Below, piece after piece: positions 48,810 to 58,585 of a DNA stretch of 64,000 bases. Under the pieces are notes generated by a model that was given only the letters and a program-made list of their open reading frames with translations, was not told where the DNA came from and did no database searches. Position 1 is the stretch's first letter. Every line of letters begins with the position of its first letter. This DNA is from Candidatus Chisholmbacteria bacterium (lineage in GTDB: Bacteria; Patescibacteriota; Microgenomatia; UBA1400; Chisholmbacteraceae). A program made the position numbers and the translations under genes. Location: assembly GCA_963704905.1 (NCBI GenBank), contig CAVPHZ010000002.1:292537-356536 (forward strand), in the 5' to 3' direction.

Positions 48810-49821
48810 TGGTTATAAAACTCGCTTTACGGGCAATCTCATTTACCCGGAGCAAATCCTCCTCTGTTAGTATGTTATTAACAATTAGTCTGCGATATTC
48901 TTCCCGAAGTGAAATCCGCTGCATTTCGGGTCCGTCGGTATTGATGGTAAAGGGAACGCTATGCTGCTTGAGTGTTGCGTATAATTCCCGCATCTGTTCA
49001 TAGTCTCGGAGAAGTTTGGTATTGAGATTCGATGTCGGACATGTCTCAAGCACTATATGATGATCCGCAAGATGTTTCATCAGTCTAGGATCAGTAATGC
49101 AGGCAATCCCATGCCCGATGCGTGCGGGCTCAAAAAGTTTTACAATCTCCCACATCTCCTCAACCGATGTCGCCTCGCCGGTATGCACAGTGACCCCCAG
49201 TCCGTGTTGCTTTGCCTTCTGCACCAAATCAGCAATATCTTTCGGTTCAAATCCTCGGCTCTTCTTGGTTCGTTTCACCGGACCTGCCAAATCAATCCCA
49301 ACCACTCCTCGATGGTGATATTTAATCGCTTTGTTAACTACAGCTTCATTTTCTCTGCGGGAAAAACGTCGATCCATCATCAAAATGATCCCAGCCCTAA
49401 CCGGATATTTGAGCATGGCCCGTTCCATACCCTGCAAAGAAAAAACAATCAGATGATCCAGATCGCGCTCCCCTTGCCGATTACGTAGGATAGGATTAAA
49501 CCGAAGTTCAATGGTCGTAATATTGTTCTTGCGGTATGCCCCGGAAATCGCAACCTGCATCGCCGTAAACAGCGCCTCAGGTGACGACTGAATTTTTTCT
49601 GTCAGATCATAGAGTTTCAGATATTCTTCATAGTCCTTCCGTTTATAAATTGTAATCATTCGCTCAAATTCCCAATAATCTTTAGTTGGCAAACGCAGTC
49701 CCTGTTCATGCGCCATCTCCCACATCATCGTCGGTGAAACAGAAAAACCGACATGCGCATGCAGCTCAGCCAGCTCAACTCCTTTGAGAAAGGAAAGCTC
49801 TTTTGGTAATTGGTTTGGCAT
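48802..49821 (-). CDS. add: adenosine deaminase
   Basis: ELHAHVGFS, HTGE and FTINTDGP zinc/catalytic motifs. Confidence 0.8.
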   Translation of the reverse strand: MPNQLPKELSFLKGVELAELHAHVGFSVSPTMMWEMAHEQGLRLPTKDYWEFERMITIYKRKDYEEYLKLYDLTEKIQSSPEALFTAMQVAISGAYRKNNITTIELRFNPILRNRQGERDLDHLIVFSLQGMERAMLKYPVRAGIILMMDRRFSRRENEAVVNKAIKYHHRGVVGIDLAGPVKRTKKSRGFEPKDIADLVQKAKQHGLGVTVHTGEATSVEEMWEIVKLFEPARIGHGIACITDPRLMKHLADHHIVLETCPTSNLNTKLLRDYEQMRELYATLKQHSVPFTINTDGPEMQRISLREEYRRLIVNNILTEEDLLRVNEIARKASFITND

Positions 49822-49847
49822 AGTATCTCCTTAGTAGTCCTCTACCT

Positions 49848-50624
49848 TCAGTCTTTGATAATCTCCTGTCTTTGCAAAGAAAATCCGACATCAAAACCGC
49901 CGAATTGAACGACTCCTCCATCCATCCGCTGAATATCGATGAAAGAAACAACTCGATCCCGTGGTAATCCTATCTGATCTGCAAGTTGTTCAACAACCGT
50001 TCTTCCTCCGGCATAACGTTTATCAACTGCATACGCACAGCCAACCAGCTTCGCCCCTGCTTGTTCTACGATGGAGTAAGCCGAGCTAGTCATTCGACCT
50101 GTATCTAGAAAATCATCAATCCACAGCACCTTATCATCTGGACGAAGTAACTGTTCAGCAACGGCCAAATCAACACCATGTCCACCGGTATACGAAACTG
50201 CATCAGTTCGAAAAGCACCGTTACGTTGTTGAATGATCGTCGGTTTCTTCGGAGCGTAAACAAGAGTTTGCACACCTAGCTGTGTACACATTTCATAGCC
50301 AACAGTGATACCTCCGGAAGCCGCAGTTAGTACAACATCCGGATTCACGTCGCCTAATTTTTCCTTCAGCTCAGACACCATCCCCTCCATGAGAGGAACA
50401 TCAACTCCGTGGTTTAAAAAATGAGCTACATCCAGAATGCACACTTCTCCATCTCCAAAATTATGCCAAAAGGCTGAGCCAAATCGGATAGTAAGCTCCA
50501 TAAATCGTCTTTGTGTTTCTGTCATCTTCGAGGACTCAACCATACTCAGCGCCTCACGAGAAGATACTATTGGCAGTGGTAGAATTCGCTCTTGTTCTGT
50601 TATTACCTGCTCGCTACTTACCAT
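49848..50624 (-). CDS. type I purine phosphoribosyltransferase (HPRT/XPRT-like) with an N-terminal extension
   Basis: PRPP-binding motif VLWIDDFLDTGRMTSS. Confidence 0.7.
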   Translation of the reverse strand: MVSSEQVITEQERILPLPIVSSREALSMVESSKMTETQRRFMELTIRFGSAFWHNFGDGEVCILDVAHFLNHGVDVPLMEGMVSELKEKLGDVNPDVVLTAASGGITVGYEMCTQLGVQTLVYAPKKPTIIQQRNGAFRTDAVSYTGGHGVDLAVAEQLLRPDDKVLWIDDFLDTGRMTSSAYSIVEQAGAKLVGCAYAVDKRYAGGRTVVEQLADQIGLPRDRVVSFIDIQRMDGGVVQFGGFDVGFSLQRQEIIKD

Positions 50625-50859
50625 ACATCACTAATAAAAAACCGCAGTCGTGCTGCGGTCCTTCTTAATTAAATTGAATAACTATATTGATTCGGGTATT
50701 TGTCATCTTCCAGATTTAGGTAGTAAAGAGAATAAAAAAAGGGCTTGTCCTCTGTGGCTTAAAAAGCAAAAGAGGGCTTTTTTTAAAGCCCTAACTATAA
50801 AGGAAAATATACGAAGTAAATGAATAGGTGTCAACCCTCAATTAGCATTACGGGCACGT

Positions 50860-51024
50860 TTATTGCTGCTCGGAGGAAGGTTCAGGTAACTCTGGAACAA
50901 TCTCCCAAGGCTCAACATCCCCCTCATGCTCCCAATGTTCATCGGGATTATATGGAACTGGTTCTCCTTCAGGCTGATCTCTAGGAGGATCGCCTCGATT
51001 AATATTAACCTCAATTGTAGTCAT
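50860..51024 (-). CDS. candidate small acidic protein (54 aa, MTTIEVNINRGDPPRDQPEGEPVPYNPDEHWEHEGDVEPWEIVPELPEPSSEQQ)
   Basis: Hand-translated; it is not in the ORF track, which starts at 60 aa. There is an AAAGGA about 10 nt upstream. It lies inside an otherwise empty 500-bp gap. Confidence 0.25.
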   Translation of the reverse strand: MTTIEVNINRGDPPRDQPEGEPVPYNPDEHWEHEGDVEPWEIVPELPEPSSEQQ

Positions 51025-51122
51025 TACTATATCCTTTCTATAATCATGAGTATGTTAATCTTGAATTGAGTTAACTGTGTATTGTAATACAAGTTCATTT
51101 ATTATCAAGTAATTAAATTAAA

Positions 51123-51899
51123 ATGGAAAAACTGAAAAACATGACGCTCTTAGTAAACAAGGTTCTAATAAACAACCCGCCCAAAACCGCTCTCATCCTC
51201 GGCAGCGGTTGGAATAAAGTAATCGATAAGGTCGACATCAAAAAGCGATGGTCATATCAAGAGCTATTCGGTGTCAAATCCTCAGTCCCGGGACACACTG
51301 GCAACCTGATCTATGGAATCTTATCAGAAAAACCCATCTTGATCATGAATGGCCGTTTCCACATCTATGAAGGCCACTCTCCCAAAAAAGCTACAGAACC
51401 GATTCGGTTTCTCTCCAATCTCGGCATAAAGACCCTCATTGCCACTGCTGCCTGCGGCGCCTTGAACCCCAAATTCAAAGTTGGCGACTTCGTTATTCTC
51501 AAAGACATGATCACCATGTTTCTCCATAGCCCATTGGAGGGACCGGAGTTTCAGGATCTTTCCCAAGCTTTCGATCCCAAACTTGTAGTATTAGCACAAA
51601 AATTTGCTATAAAACTAAATCTCCCCTATCAACAAGGAATCTACGCCTATGTCCGCGGTCCGCATTTCGAAACTCCGGCAGACAAACGTCTGCTTTGGAA
51701 ATTAGGTGCCGATGTTGTCGGCATGAGTACCGTTCCTGAAACCATTCAGGCTAATGCACTAGGAATGAAGGTGCTTGGTCTAGCCTTCGTCACTAACCTC
51801 GCTTTTGTCAAACACGACCACAAAGATGTCCTCACCCAAGCGAAAAAGGCATCTCGAAAAATGTCTGCGCTCATCGAATCAATTCTAAAAAAACTCTGA
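51123..51899 (+). CDS. purine nucleoside phosphorylase (PNP/MTAP family)
   Basis: GSGW..., the phosphate site SVPGHTG, GMSTVPE, and the base-binding region VTNLA. Confidence 0.8.
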   Translation: MEKLKNMTLLVNKVLINNPPKTALILGSGWNKVIDKVDIKKRWSYQELFGVKSSVPGHTGNLIYGILSEKPILIMNGRFHIYEGHSPKKATEPIRFLSNLGIKTLIATAACGALNPKFKVGDFVILKDMITMFLHSPLEGPEFQDLSQAFDPKLVVLAQKFAIKLNLPYQQGIYAYVRGPHFETPADKRLLWKLGADVVGMSTVPETIQANALGMKVLGLAFVTNLAFVKHDHKDVLTQAKKASRKMSALIESILKKL

Positions 51900-51968
51900 A
51901 ATAGTTCATATCTCTATGAGTCAGCTTTCTTGACAACCTTTAGGCTCTACAATAAAGTGAAAGGATAA

Positions 51969-53426
51969 ATGAAAGAAATCCCACTTACCCTTGGCTTCGC
52001 AGACATCCTCTTGAAACCACAATTCTCAGACATTCGCTCACGGTATAGTGATGAGATTAGCCTTGACACTCACTTCGCCCGGGGAATGCCGGAACTTCGT
52101 CTACCTATAGTCTCCGCAAACATGGACACAGTTACCGAAGGTTCGATGGCCGAGGCCATGGCGCTAAGTGGCGGCTTAGGCATCATCCATCGCAACTTTT
52201 CCATCCAACAACAAACCCACGAAGTTCGAATAGTCAAAGAAAGAACCCGCATCATTGAAGAACACCCTCCAACCTTAAATGAGCTAGCTACTATTCAAGA
52301 CGCTCTAGGCCTGTTACAGAGTAGTAACCGTGGGTATGTCATCGTCCACACAGGAGAAAGTTTTAACGGGTCATTTTCTGGAATCGCAACCACCAGAGAT
52401 TTCCTCGCAAAGCCAGTTGACATGCCCATCTCTGCAGTAATGACGCCGAATCAACAAGAAAGGCTGATAACCGTCCCGCAAGGAACTACGCTTGAACAAG
52501 CCGCCCTATTAATGAGACAAATGCGGGTCGAGAAAGTTCCTGTGATAAATGAAGCAGGACTCCTTATAGGCGTCTATTCACTTAAGGACTACGACTTACA
52601 GCAATTACTTCCCAGCGCAGCTATCGATAACCAAGGACGGTTAATGGTCGGAGCGGCTATTGGGGTGAGTAACCAGGAAATGGAGGTCGAACGGGCTCAT
52701 GCACTCATTGATGCTGGTGTGGATGCACTGGTCTTGGATATTGCCCACGGTCATCATCAATACATCCGCGAAATGCTTTACAGATTAAAAGTAATAGAAA
52801 AAATCAGCACACCAATTATTGCCGGGAATGTAGCCACTGCAGAAGGAACGGAATTTCTTGTTGATGAAGGTGCAGATGGAGTCAAAATTGGCATCGGTCC
52901 CGGACTAACCTGCGAAACCCGGGATATCGCTGGCACAGGTGTGGGACAGGTAAGTGCTATCCTCGACGCCGTTGAAGCGATGCAGAAAAAACAAGAGCAA
53001 GTACCAATCATTGCCGATGGTGGAATACGCAAACCGCACGACATCGACGTTGCCTTAGGTGCTGGAGCTGACACAGTCATGATCGGATCACTCTTTGCCG
53101 GAACTGAGGAAAGCCCAGGAGAAACTGTAGTGATCGATGGACATCGGTTTAAGGAAGTCAGAGGAATGGCCTCAAAACGCGCCCAACAGACCCGCAGTGA
53201 ACTCGGTGCAACCACAACAGACTCGAAGCGCTATGTACCAGAAGGGAGGGTCACCCGAGTCCCTCACCGAGGAGATGTCACGGAGATATTAGAAGAATAT
53301 GCTGGTGGACTCCGATCCGCTATGAGCTATTCAGGTTCTCATACAATCAGAGAATTCCACCAAAAAGCTGAGCTAAGACGCGTCACCCCCGCAGCAGCCA
53401 ATGAACAGAAACGTCCATTGGGATAA
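51969..53426 (+). CDS. IMPDH-family paralogue with a CBS pair and a divergent catalytic loop
   Basis: [11 protein letters not shown], two CBS domains, and a Cys loop IGIGPGLTCETRD (canonical [11 protein letters not shown]). The C-terminus lacks the ES-PH motif. Confidence 0.75.
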   Translation: MKEIPLTLGFADILLKPQFSDIRSRYSDEISLDTHFARGMPELRLPIVSANMDTVTEGSMAEAMALSGGLGIIHRNFSIQQQTHEVRIVKERTRIIEEHPPTLNELATIQDALGLLQSSNRGYVIVHTGESFNGSFSGIATTRDFLAKPVDMPISAVMTPNQQERLITVPQGTTLEQAALLMRQMRVEKVPVINEAGLLIGVYSLKDYDLQQLLPSAAIDNQGRLMVGAAIGVSNQEMEVERAHALIDAGVDALVLDIAHGHHQYIREMLYRLKVIEKISTPIIAGNVATAEGTEFLVDEGADGVKIGIGPGLTCETRDIAGTGVGQVSAILDAVEAMQKKQEQVPIIADGGIRKPHDIDVALGAGADTVMIGSLFAGTEESPGETVVIDGHRFKEVRGMASKRAQQTRSELGATTTDSKRYVPEGRVTRVPHRGDVTEILEEYAGGLRSAMSYSGSHTIREFHQKAELRRVTPAAANEQKRPLG

Positions 53427-53464
53427 AAGTTACTTCTCTTCTGAGCAATAGTATGTATTTTTCA

Positions 53465-55048
53465 TTATCGATACGGAGCCCGTCGTGCTTCTTCAGGGGA
53501 TGAGATCGAATCATAACATTTATAAGGCAAGAATTGCTTAATCTGGTCACCTTTTTCTACCGTAAGAAAGGCTGCATTGCAGAGAATCTCATGAAGCGCA
53601 CGAAACATCTCTCCGACATACTCTCGATCTTCTTTTGAGTACCCGCGCAGTTTTCCCCGAAGTGCCTGTCGCAACTGCTCATACTCCTGGGCAATTTTTT
53701 GGAAAGGAGGATACAACTGCTCATACACAGGAAAACTCCTTGCCTGGAGTGCATCTTTTGCAATCCGCTCCTTATCCAGATATGAGCCCGCATTGATCAC
53801 TTTTTTTACATCTCCTTTTCTTACCTTAGCCCGGCGCATGGCCTTAAACAAAATATCTTCGTTTCTTTTTTGAAATATTTGTTCAACTCCGTCAAGATTT
53901 CCCTCCATAAGTCCGTTAAAAATGGCAGCCGCTTGTCGGGCTGCAACAATTCCATTCTTAGAAAATCGTTTATTCATCCATTCACTTCCGGCAGACGGCA
54001 ATTGTCGCCCTAGCTCATATATTTTTCGTTCGACATCACTGGAAAATTCATACTTAGGGTCGTCGATTGACAGGATGCGAAGCACTTCAGCGAGTGGTGT
54101 GCGTTCACCTGCCTGATGTTCATAAATCGGACGATCTTTCGCAGGCCCTGCAAGAAACGTCCGCACTGTAGCTAAATCACCGGGAAAAATACTTTCTGCC
54201 TTATCTGCAAAACCGAAAAGGACAGAATATCGTTTAAGAGCCATCAGTGATTCGCTGGTAAATCCTTGAGTAAGCGGACGAGAATTTTCTCGAAAATCAT
54301 CTACGGTAAGAAGGTATTCATCCCGCATATGCTCTGGTAAAAACTGTGCATCCGCTATCGCTGAGGCATATAACTCTGCTGGAGAGACAGTTGTAACACC
54401 CATCCCCAACCCCTCTAATTGCTCCGGGTTCGAATGATGATGAACAATAATTGCTGCACCGCGCAGATACAGCTCAGCCTCCTCTTTGGGTATATTGAAG
54501 GCCTTGGCAAGTTTATCCGTCTGACTCAGTAACCATAGCTCAGCCAGTTCACTATGAGAGTCCTTTTTTCCACTGATGAGCTGAATACTGTCATGGAATC
54601 GGTTCGCCAAATACAGTGAAGGAAGCCAAAAGCGGTTGATCCATTCACCATGGCGGATATTCGGTGTGTTGAGAAGTGCAGCTTCTATCCATTCCTCATT
54701 TCTGCGGATATGAGGATAACCATGATCGCCCTTCTCTGCATCCTCCATATCCTTTTTGAGCTGTTGCCCAATTGAACTGTTTGGATCATGTGTTACTTGA
54801 TGGTAAAACTCATTGACCGCCATGTCTGCCCGCTTCATGTTCTCAGCAAAACGCAGGCCTTCTTCTACATGTTGCGGAAGGCGCTCTATGCCCGCGTGCA
54901 TAATGCCAATAACAGAATCCTTAGCGGTACGGCGATCCCGATTCCAATAATTACCATATGCCAGTAAACCTTGAACAACCACCGTTGGTATTTCGAGTTG
55001 ATTGACTTCCTTATACTGTTCTATCTGTGAATCCGGTTTTTCTACCAT
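53465..55048 (-). CDS. hypothetical 527-aa protein, possibly an HD-domain-like phosphohydrolase
   Basis: The spacing of H(IRHGEW)...HD(RFHDS)...HHH(IIVHHHSNPE)...D loosely fits an HD metal-binding pattern. Confidence is weak. Confidence 0.4.
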   Translation of the reverse strand: MVEKPDSQIEQYKEVNQLEIPTVVVQGLLAYGNYWNRDRRTAKDSVIGIMHAGIERLPQHVEEGLRFAENMKRADMAVNEFYHQVTHDPNSSIGQQLKKDMEDAEKGDHGYPHIRRNEEWIEAALLNTPNIRHGEWINRFWLPSLYLANRFHDSIQLISGKKDSHSELAELWLLSQTDKLAKAFNIPKEEAELYLRGAAIIVHHHSNPEQLEGLGMGVTTVSPAELYASAIADAQFLPEHMRDEYLLTVDDFRENSRPLTQGFTSESLMALKRYSVLFGFADKAESIFPGDLATVRTFLAGPAKDRPIYEHQAGERTPLAEVLRILSIDDPKYEFSSDVERKIYELGRQLPSAGSEWMNKRFSKNGIVAARQAAAIFNGLMEGNLDGVEQIFQKRNEDILFKAMRRAKVRKGDVKKVINAGSYLDKERIAKDALQARSFPVYEQLYPPFQKIAQEYEQLRQALRGKLRGYSKEDREYVGEMFRALHEILCNAAFLTVEKGDQIKQFLPYKCYDSISSPEEARRAPYR

Positions 55049-55077
55049 AGAAAAAGCAATTAGAAAAGAAAGGGTTT

Positions 55078-55102
55078 AAAAAAAGTCTTCGCGTGCGAAG
55101 AC
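55078..55102 (-). terminator. rho-independent terminator after the 835-aa gene
   Basis: GTCTTCG-CGTG-CGAAGAC is a perfect 7-bp stem. On the minus strand it is followed by U7 (plus-strand A7 at 55078-55084). Confidence 0.6.
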
Positions 55103-55203
55103 TATAAGACCTATAATATTAATATAGTATACACATTAATTACTTATCTGTCAACAAATGGCAGGGGCATCCTGCAATAAAATATGAGTTGTGATGCTCA
55201 TGA

Positions 55204-57711
55204 TTAATCCTCCTTCTTCTCTTCAGATATCCTCGCTGCAAATTCTCGCAATAATTGGAATAAGAATGCTATAGAATACCGTTCTTTCCTAACCCTGGCT
55301 GAGTCAGTTGCATATAGCTGAAGAAACTTTTCAGGTGGTCGTCCGGTAAACCAAAGAATATCTGCATGCTCGAGATAGATATGAGGAGGGTTAAACAAGT
55401 TATATAAAACCGGCTGGTCTGGGTGGCCTGGCTCCGGCTCGGTAATCCTTCGATACGCATATCCTCCCAGCGCATCATCCTGAATCTTTTCATGATGTCC
55501 CCAGAGGATGTCTTCATATGGAGTTCCCTCAAAACTGTCAAATGGATAAAAGATCAGTTCCTCTGAATACTCTTTTCCCTTCTCGTCATGAAGTACAACA
55601 TAATATTTTTTGCGGATAATGAAATCAGACATGCTTCCGGGACGCTTTCCTTTCATCGACTGTTCCTCAAATTCTTTTCTGAGCTGTTCAGGTGATTTCT
55701 CAAGCTGAGAAAATTTATCTTTTTCTTCGATAAAATCAACTGTCCACCCAGGTTTCTGTTCGCCGAATTCCTGTAAAAATGCTTCTTTCACTCGATCAGC
55801 TATCGTATTCACTCGTGCAATCATTCGTCTCGAATAGTCTTGAAAATCATCATTCGTCATCTGCTCATATCTCCCAGATTCACCAGCGTTATCTTGAACA
55901 AGAACGATGTTCCTTGAAAAGACATCATGTATTTCATCAAGCGGTTCATAGAATGACTTTCGTAAAAAAGAGAAAAACGGTTTGACAATTTTTGCATCGA
56001 CAAAAACATGTTGCCTCTTTCCCTCAACATCAAACAACAGCTCGCGATGGGTAACGGTATACTGAAGCCCGCCCCGGTTCACGCGTTCATCATGTTGGGC
56101 TGAGGAAAAGATATTTCCGCTCAATATTGCCTCATGATGGTTATTTCCGTTATCTAAAAGTTCCCGATATCTTCGATAAGCGGGTATCCCATGGCCAAGA
56201 AATGCCAGCTTCCGCAGTGCCTCATACCTCCGCTGATCCTCAAAACGCTGCGATTCTTTGCCAGTAGAGGTCTGTGGAATAAATGGATATAACCCATTCG
56301 CAGTCAGAAAAATCCGTCCCATACCGGCATTCACAACTTCATTCATCAATTTTGTCGGCTGGAACAGTTCTTTAAAGTCTGGATTGAGGCTGAGGCTCTC
56401 ATCGTACAAATTGTTGAAATATTCATCGATTTCTCTTTGAACTTCCAGGATAAATTCTGGAGAAACATGTCGGCGTCTCGCATATGCCTCAAGCATCAGA
56501 GCGTCAAGCTTTTCGATGTATGTCGATCGTTCGCTCGGACTCATTGCAATGAATTTCTCACGGAGTGCTTCTATGCTCAGCTGATCTTTTAGAATTTTAA
56601 CTTGCTCCTTACGTAATTTATCATCCTCAGGAGGGATCTGCTCTTTCTCAAAGGCAAGGTACGCCTGTCGGAAGGACTGGACAAAATGTCGCATATTTTC
56701 TTGAATATTTTGTGTAGGAGCTTCATACAAAAAAGATGACAAGTCTTCAGATCGAACATCACGTCCTGAAAGGAACCAGACAAACTTTAGGAGATCGAGT
56801 CCTGGTGGAGGTTTCTCGCTCTCAACTTCACGCTTCTGCTCATCATGCAAAATCCATCGAGCTTGAACTCTTCCATAAGCTCGAATAATCTCCTCGGTAG
56901 GACAGTTATCAATATTCTGCACAGGTTCTAAACGCTGGCGGATTCGCTCCTGATTGAGATCTTCAATCACCTCACTGTGGATTAGCATTTCAAAAGAGTA
57001 AACCCGTGCGGAAACTGCATCCATTACTTCATGCTGGTTCACTCGCTGATCAGAAGTAAGAAAAACATCTGGAGCTGTTACTTTCGTAAAGTGACCGGCC
57101 ATAGTTGAACTCGAGATTGAGAAAAAATCCGGCAGTTTCCCGCTGTCCTCCAGAGATCGTTCAACTTTACCCCGATTAATCAATTCAGAAAATTCAGCAG
57201 GAGTGTATGAATTGAACGACTCAATCTTGGAAACATCAGGATTTCGTGGTTTAAGAAGTGTATACTCTGGAGGAATAACCACAAAAGGAACAGTGTGAAC
57301 GGTGCGGGGTTCAGCAGGAACACGTTTCGCTTTCTTCTTCCCGATAATGTAATAGGTAAACGTAGCCTCAATTGATCGGAAGATCTCTTCATTCTCCCAC
57401 CACTCTCCCATGGAAAACAGGAGCGACTCATCCCGAAGCTTTCGCCGTGCACCTTGAAGAGCGGACTCACCTTCCAACATTTTTCCGCCGAGTGGCATTG
57501 ACAGACCATGACTGGTCTCACTCTCCTGGCTTTTTTTCGTCAGAATGATCCGTGTAAACTCCACATCATCCTTATGAGCAGCTGAGTCAAGATCATCCTT
57601 GATTTGATCAAGGGAACGGAACGTAAACGGCAGAACCCGGACAATATTTAGCGGTTCTGAAGCTAAACGTTCTGGATTCCCTCTTGCCGTTTCGGTTTCT
57701 CCTCTTGCCAT
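55204..57711 (-). CDS. hypothetical 835-aa protein with an N-terminal Nudix-fold domain and a degenerate Nudix box
   Basis: MPLGGKMLEGESALQGARRKLRDESLLF aligns to the Nudix box GX5EX7REUXEEXGU (compare GETPEEAAIRELKEETGL), but RE becomes RK and EE becomes DE. I see no recognisable motif in the remaining ~650 aa. Confidence 0.5.
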   Translation of the reverse strand: MARGETETARGNPERLASEPLNIVRVLPFTFRSLDQIKDDLDSAAHKDDVEFTRIILTKKSQESETSHGLSMPLGGKMLEGESALQGARRKLRDESLLFSMGEWWENEEIFRSIEATFTYYIIGKKKAKRVPAEPRTVHTVPFVVIPPEYTLLKPRNPDVSKIESFNSYTPAEFSELINRGKVERSLEDSGKLPDFFSISSSTMAGHFTKVTAPDVFLTSDQRVNQHEVMDAVSARVYSFEMLIHSEVIEDLNQERIRQRLEPVQNIDNCPTEEIIRAYGRVQARWILHDEQKREVESEKPPPGLDLLKFVWFLSGRDVRSEDLSSFLYEAPTQNIQENMRHFVQSFRQAYLAFEKEQIPPEDDKLRKEQVKILKDQLSIEALREKFIAMSPSERSTYIEKLDALMLEAYARRRHVSPEFILEVQREIDEYFNNLYDESLSLNPDFKELFQPTKLMNEVVNAGMGRIFLTANGLYPFIPQTSTGKESQRFEDQRRYEALRKLAFLGHGIPAYRRYRELLDNGNNHHEAILSGNIFSSAQHDERVNRGGLQYTVTHRELLFDVEGKRQHVFVDAKIVKPFFSFLRKSFYEPLDEIHDVFSRNIVLVQDNAGESGRYEQMTNDDFQDYSRRMIARVNTIADRVKEAFLQEFGEQKPGWTVDFIEEKDKFSQLEKSPEQLRKEFEEQSMKGKRPGSMSDFIIRKKYYVVLHDEKGKEYSEELIFYPFDSFEGTPYEDILWGHHEKIQDDALGGYAYRRITEPEPGHPDQPVLYNLFNPPHIYLEHADILWFTGRPPEKFLQLYATDSARVRKERYSIAFLFQLLREFAARISEEKKED

Positions 57712-57736
57712 ATGTTTTTTTTAAATAAAAAAGAAA

Positions 57737-57753
57737 ACGGCGTAGTATGCCGT
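57737..57753 (-). terminator. weak hairpin plus U-rich tract immediately upstream of the 835-aa ORF start; an attenuator or partial terminator candidate
   Basis: ACGGC-GTAGTAT-GCCGT. On the minus strand it is followed by UUUCUUUUUUAUUUAAAAAAA, only about 25 nt before the ATG at 57711. Confidence 0.3.
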
Positions 57754-57845
57754 CTTCACAAGTATTATAGGTCGAAAGTATAATGCTTTCTAATCTTGAA
57801 GTCAAATGCTAAGTCCTTCTCACACTCCCCAAAATAGTATTAGTC

Positions 57846-58481
57846 TCATTTAAAAATCTTTCGTTTCGTGATAACCTCCCAAATTTCCTCTTCAATATCT
57901 TCAACGTATTGCCGTGCATCAATTATCACCCAGCGCTTCCGATCGTCATTCTTTACCAAATTGAGGTACGCTGCCCGCACCTTCTCATGAAACTCCTTTG
58001 TCTCCATATCCAAACGATCCATTTTCTCACTTTTGTTTCTTCGCGAGAGACCCGCTTCAACAGGAATATCAAGAAGAATGGTCAAATCTGGGTAGGTAGA
58101 CTCTGTAGAGAAGTCGTTCAACTGCTCGATAAGCTTTCTCCCAAATCCCCGGACAATACCTTGGTAAACCACAGAACTGTCCCTGGTTCGATCCGCTAAT
58201 ACATACTTCCCCAATTTTAGGGACGGATTGATAATTTCCCGGTAAATCTGCGATCGAGCTGCCTGGAAAAGAAGAACTTCGGTTGTATATGCCATCCCGG
58301 TATTCTTTGGTGAAAGTACAATTTGGCGGATTTTCTCGGATATCACTGACCCTCCAGGTTCACGAACCACAACCACATTCTTTCCCCGAGCAGACAACCG
58401 GTCGCGTAGGCGCTTGACCTGAACGGACTTTCCAGCTCCCTCTCCCCCTTCAAAACTGATGAGTTTTCCACGCCTAGGCAT
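57846..58481 (-). CDS. tmk: thymidylate kinase
   Basis: ISFEGGEGAGKS P-loop, the DRY-like region LADR, and the lid. Confidence 0.85.
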   Translation of the reverse strand: MPRRGKLISFEGGEGAGKSVQVKRLRDRLSARGKNVVVVREPGGSVISEKIRQIVLSPKNTGMAYTTEVLLFQAARSQIYREIINPSLKLGKYVLADRTRDSSVVYQGIVRGFGRKLIEQLNDFSTESTYPDLTILLDIPVEAGLSRRNKSEKMDRLDMETKEFHEKVRAAYLNLVKNDDRKRWVIIDARQYVEDIEEEIWEVITKRKIFK

Positions 58482-58585
58482 AAAGTTATATTACATGAAC
58501 AATTTCCCTCCTAAATCATACACGCTTGGCAGACTGATATCAGCAGCAGTCAGTTATTCTAGCGCCCCCGCATCCACAATGTACA

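Noticed and set aside
3292-49488. Numerous 60-140-aa ORFs antisense to or nested within conserved genes (for example 3292..3495, 14252..14554, 31206..31481, 45285..45608, 49057..49488)
   Set aside because: They lie inside well-supported genes on the other strand or frame, are low-complexity, and have no independent signals.
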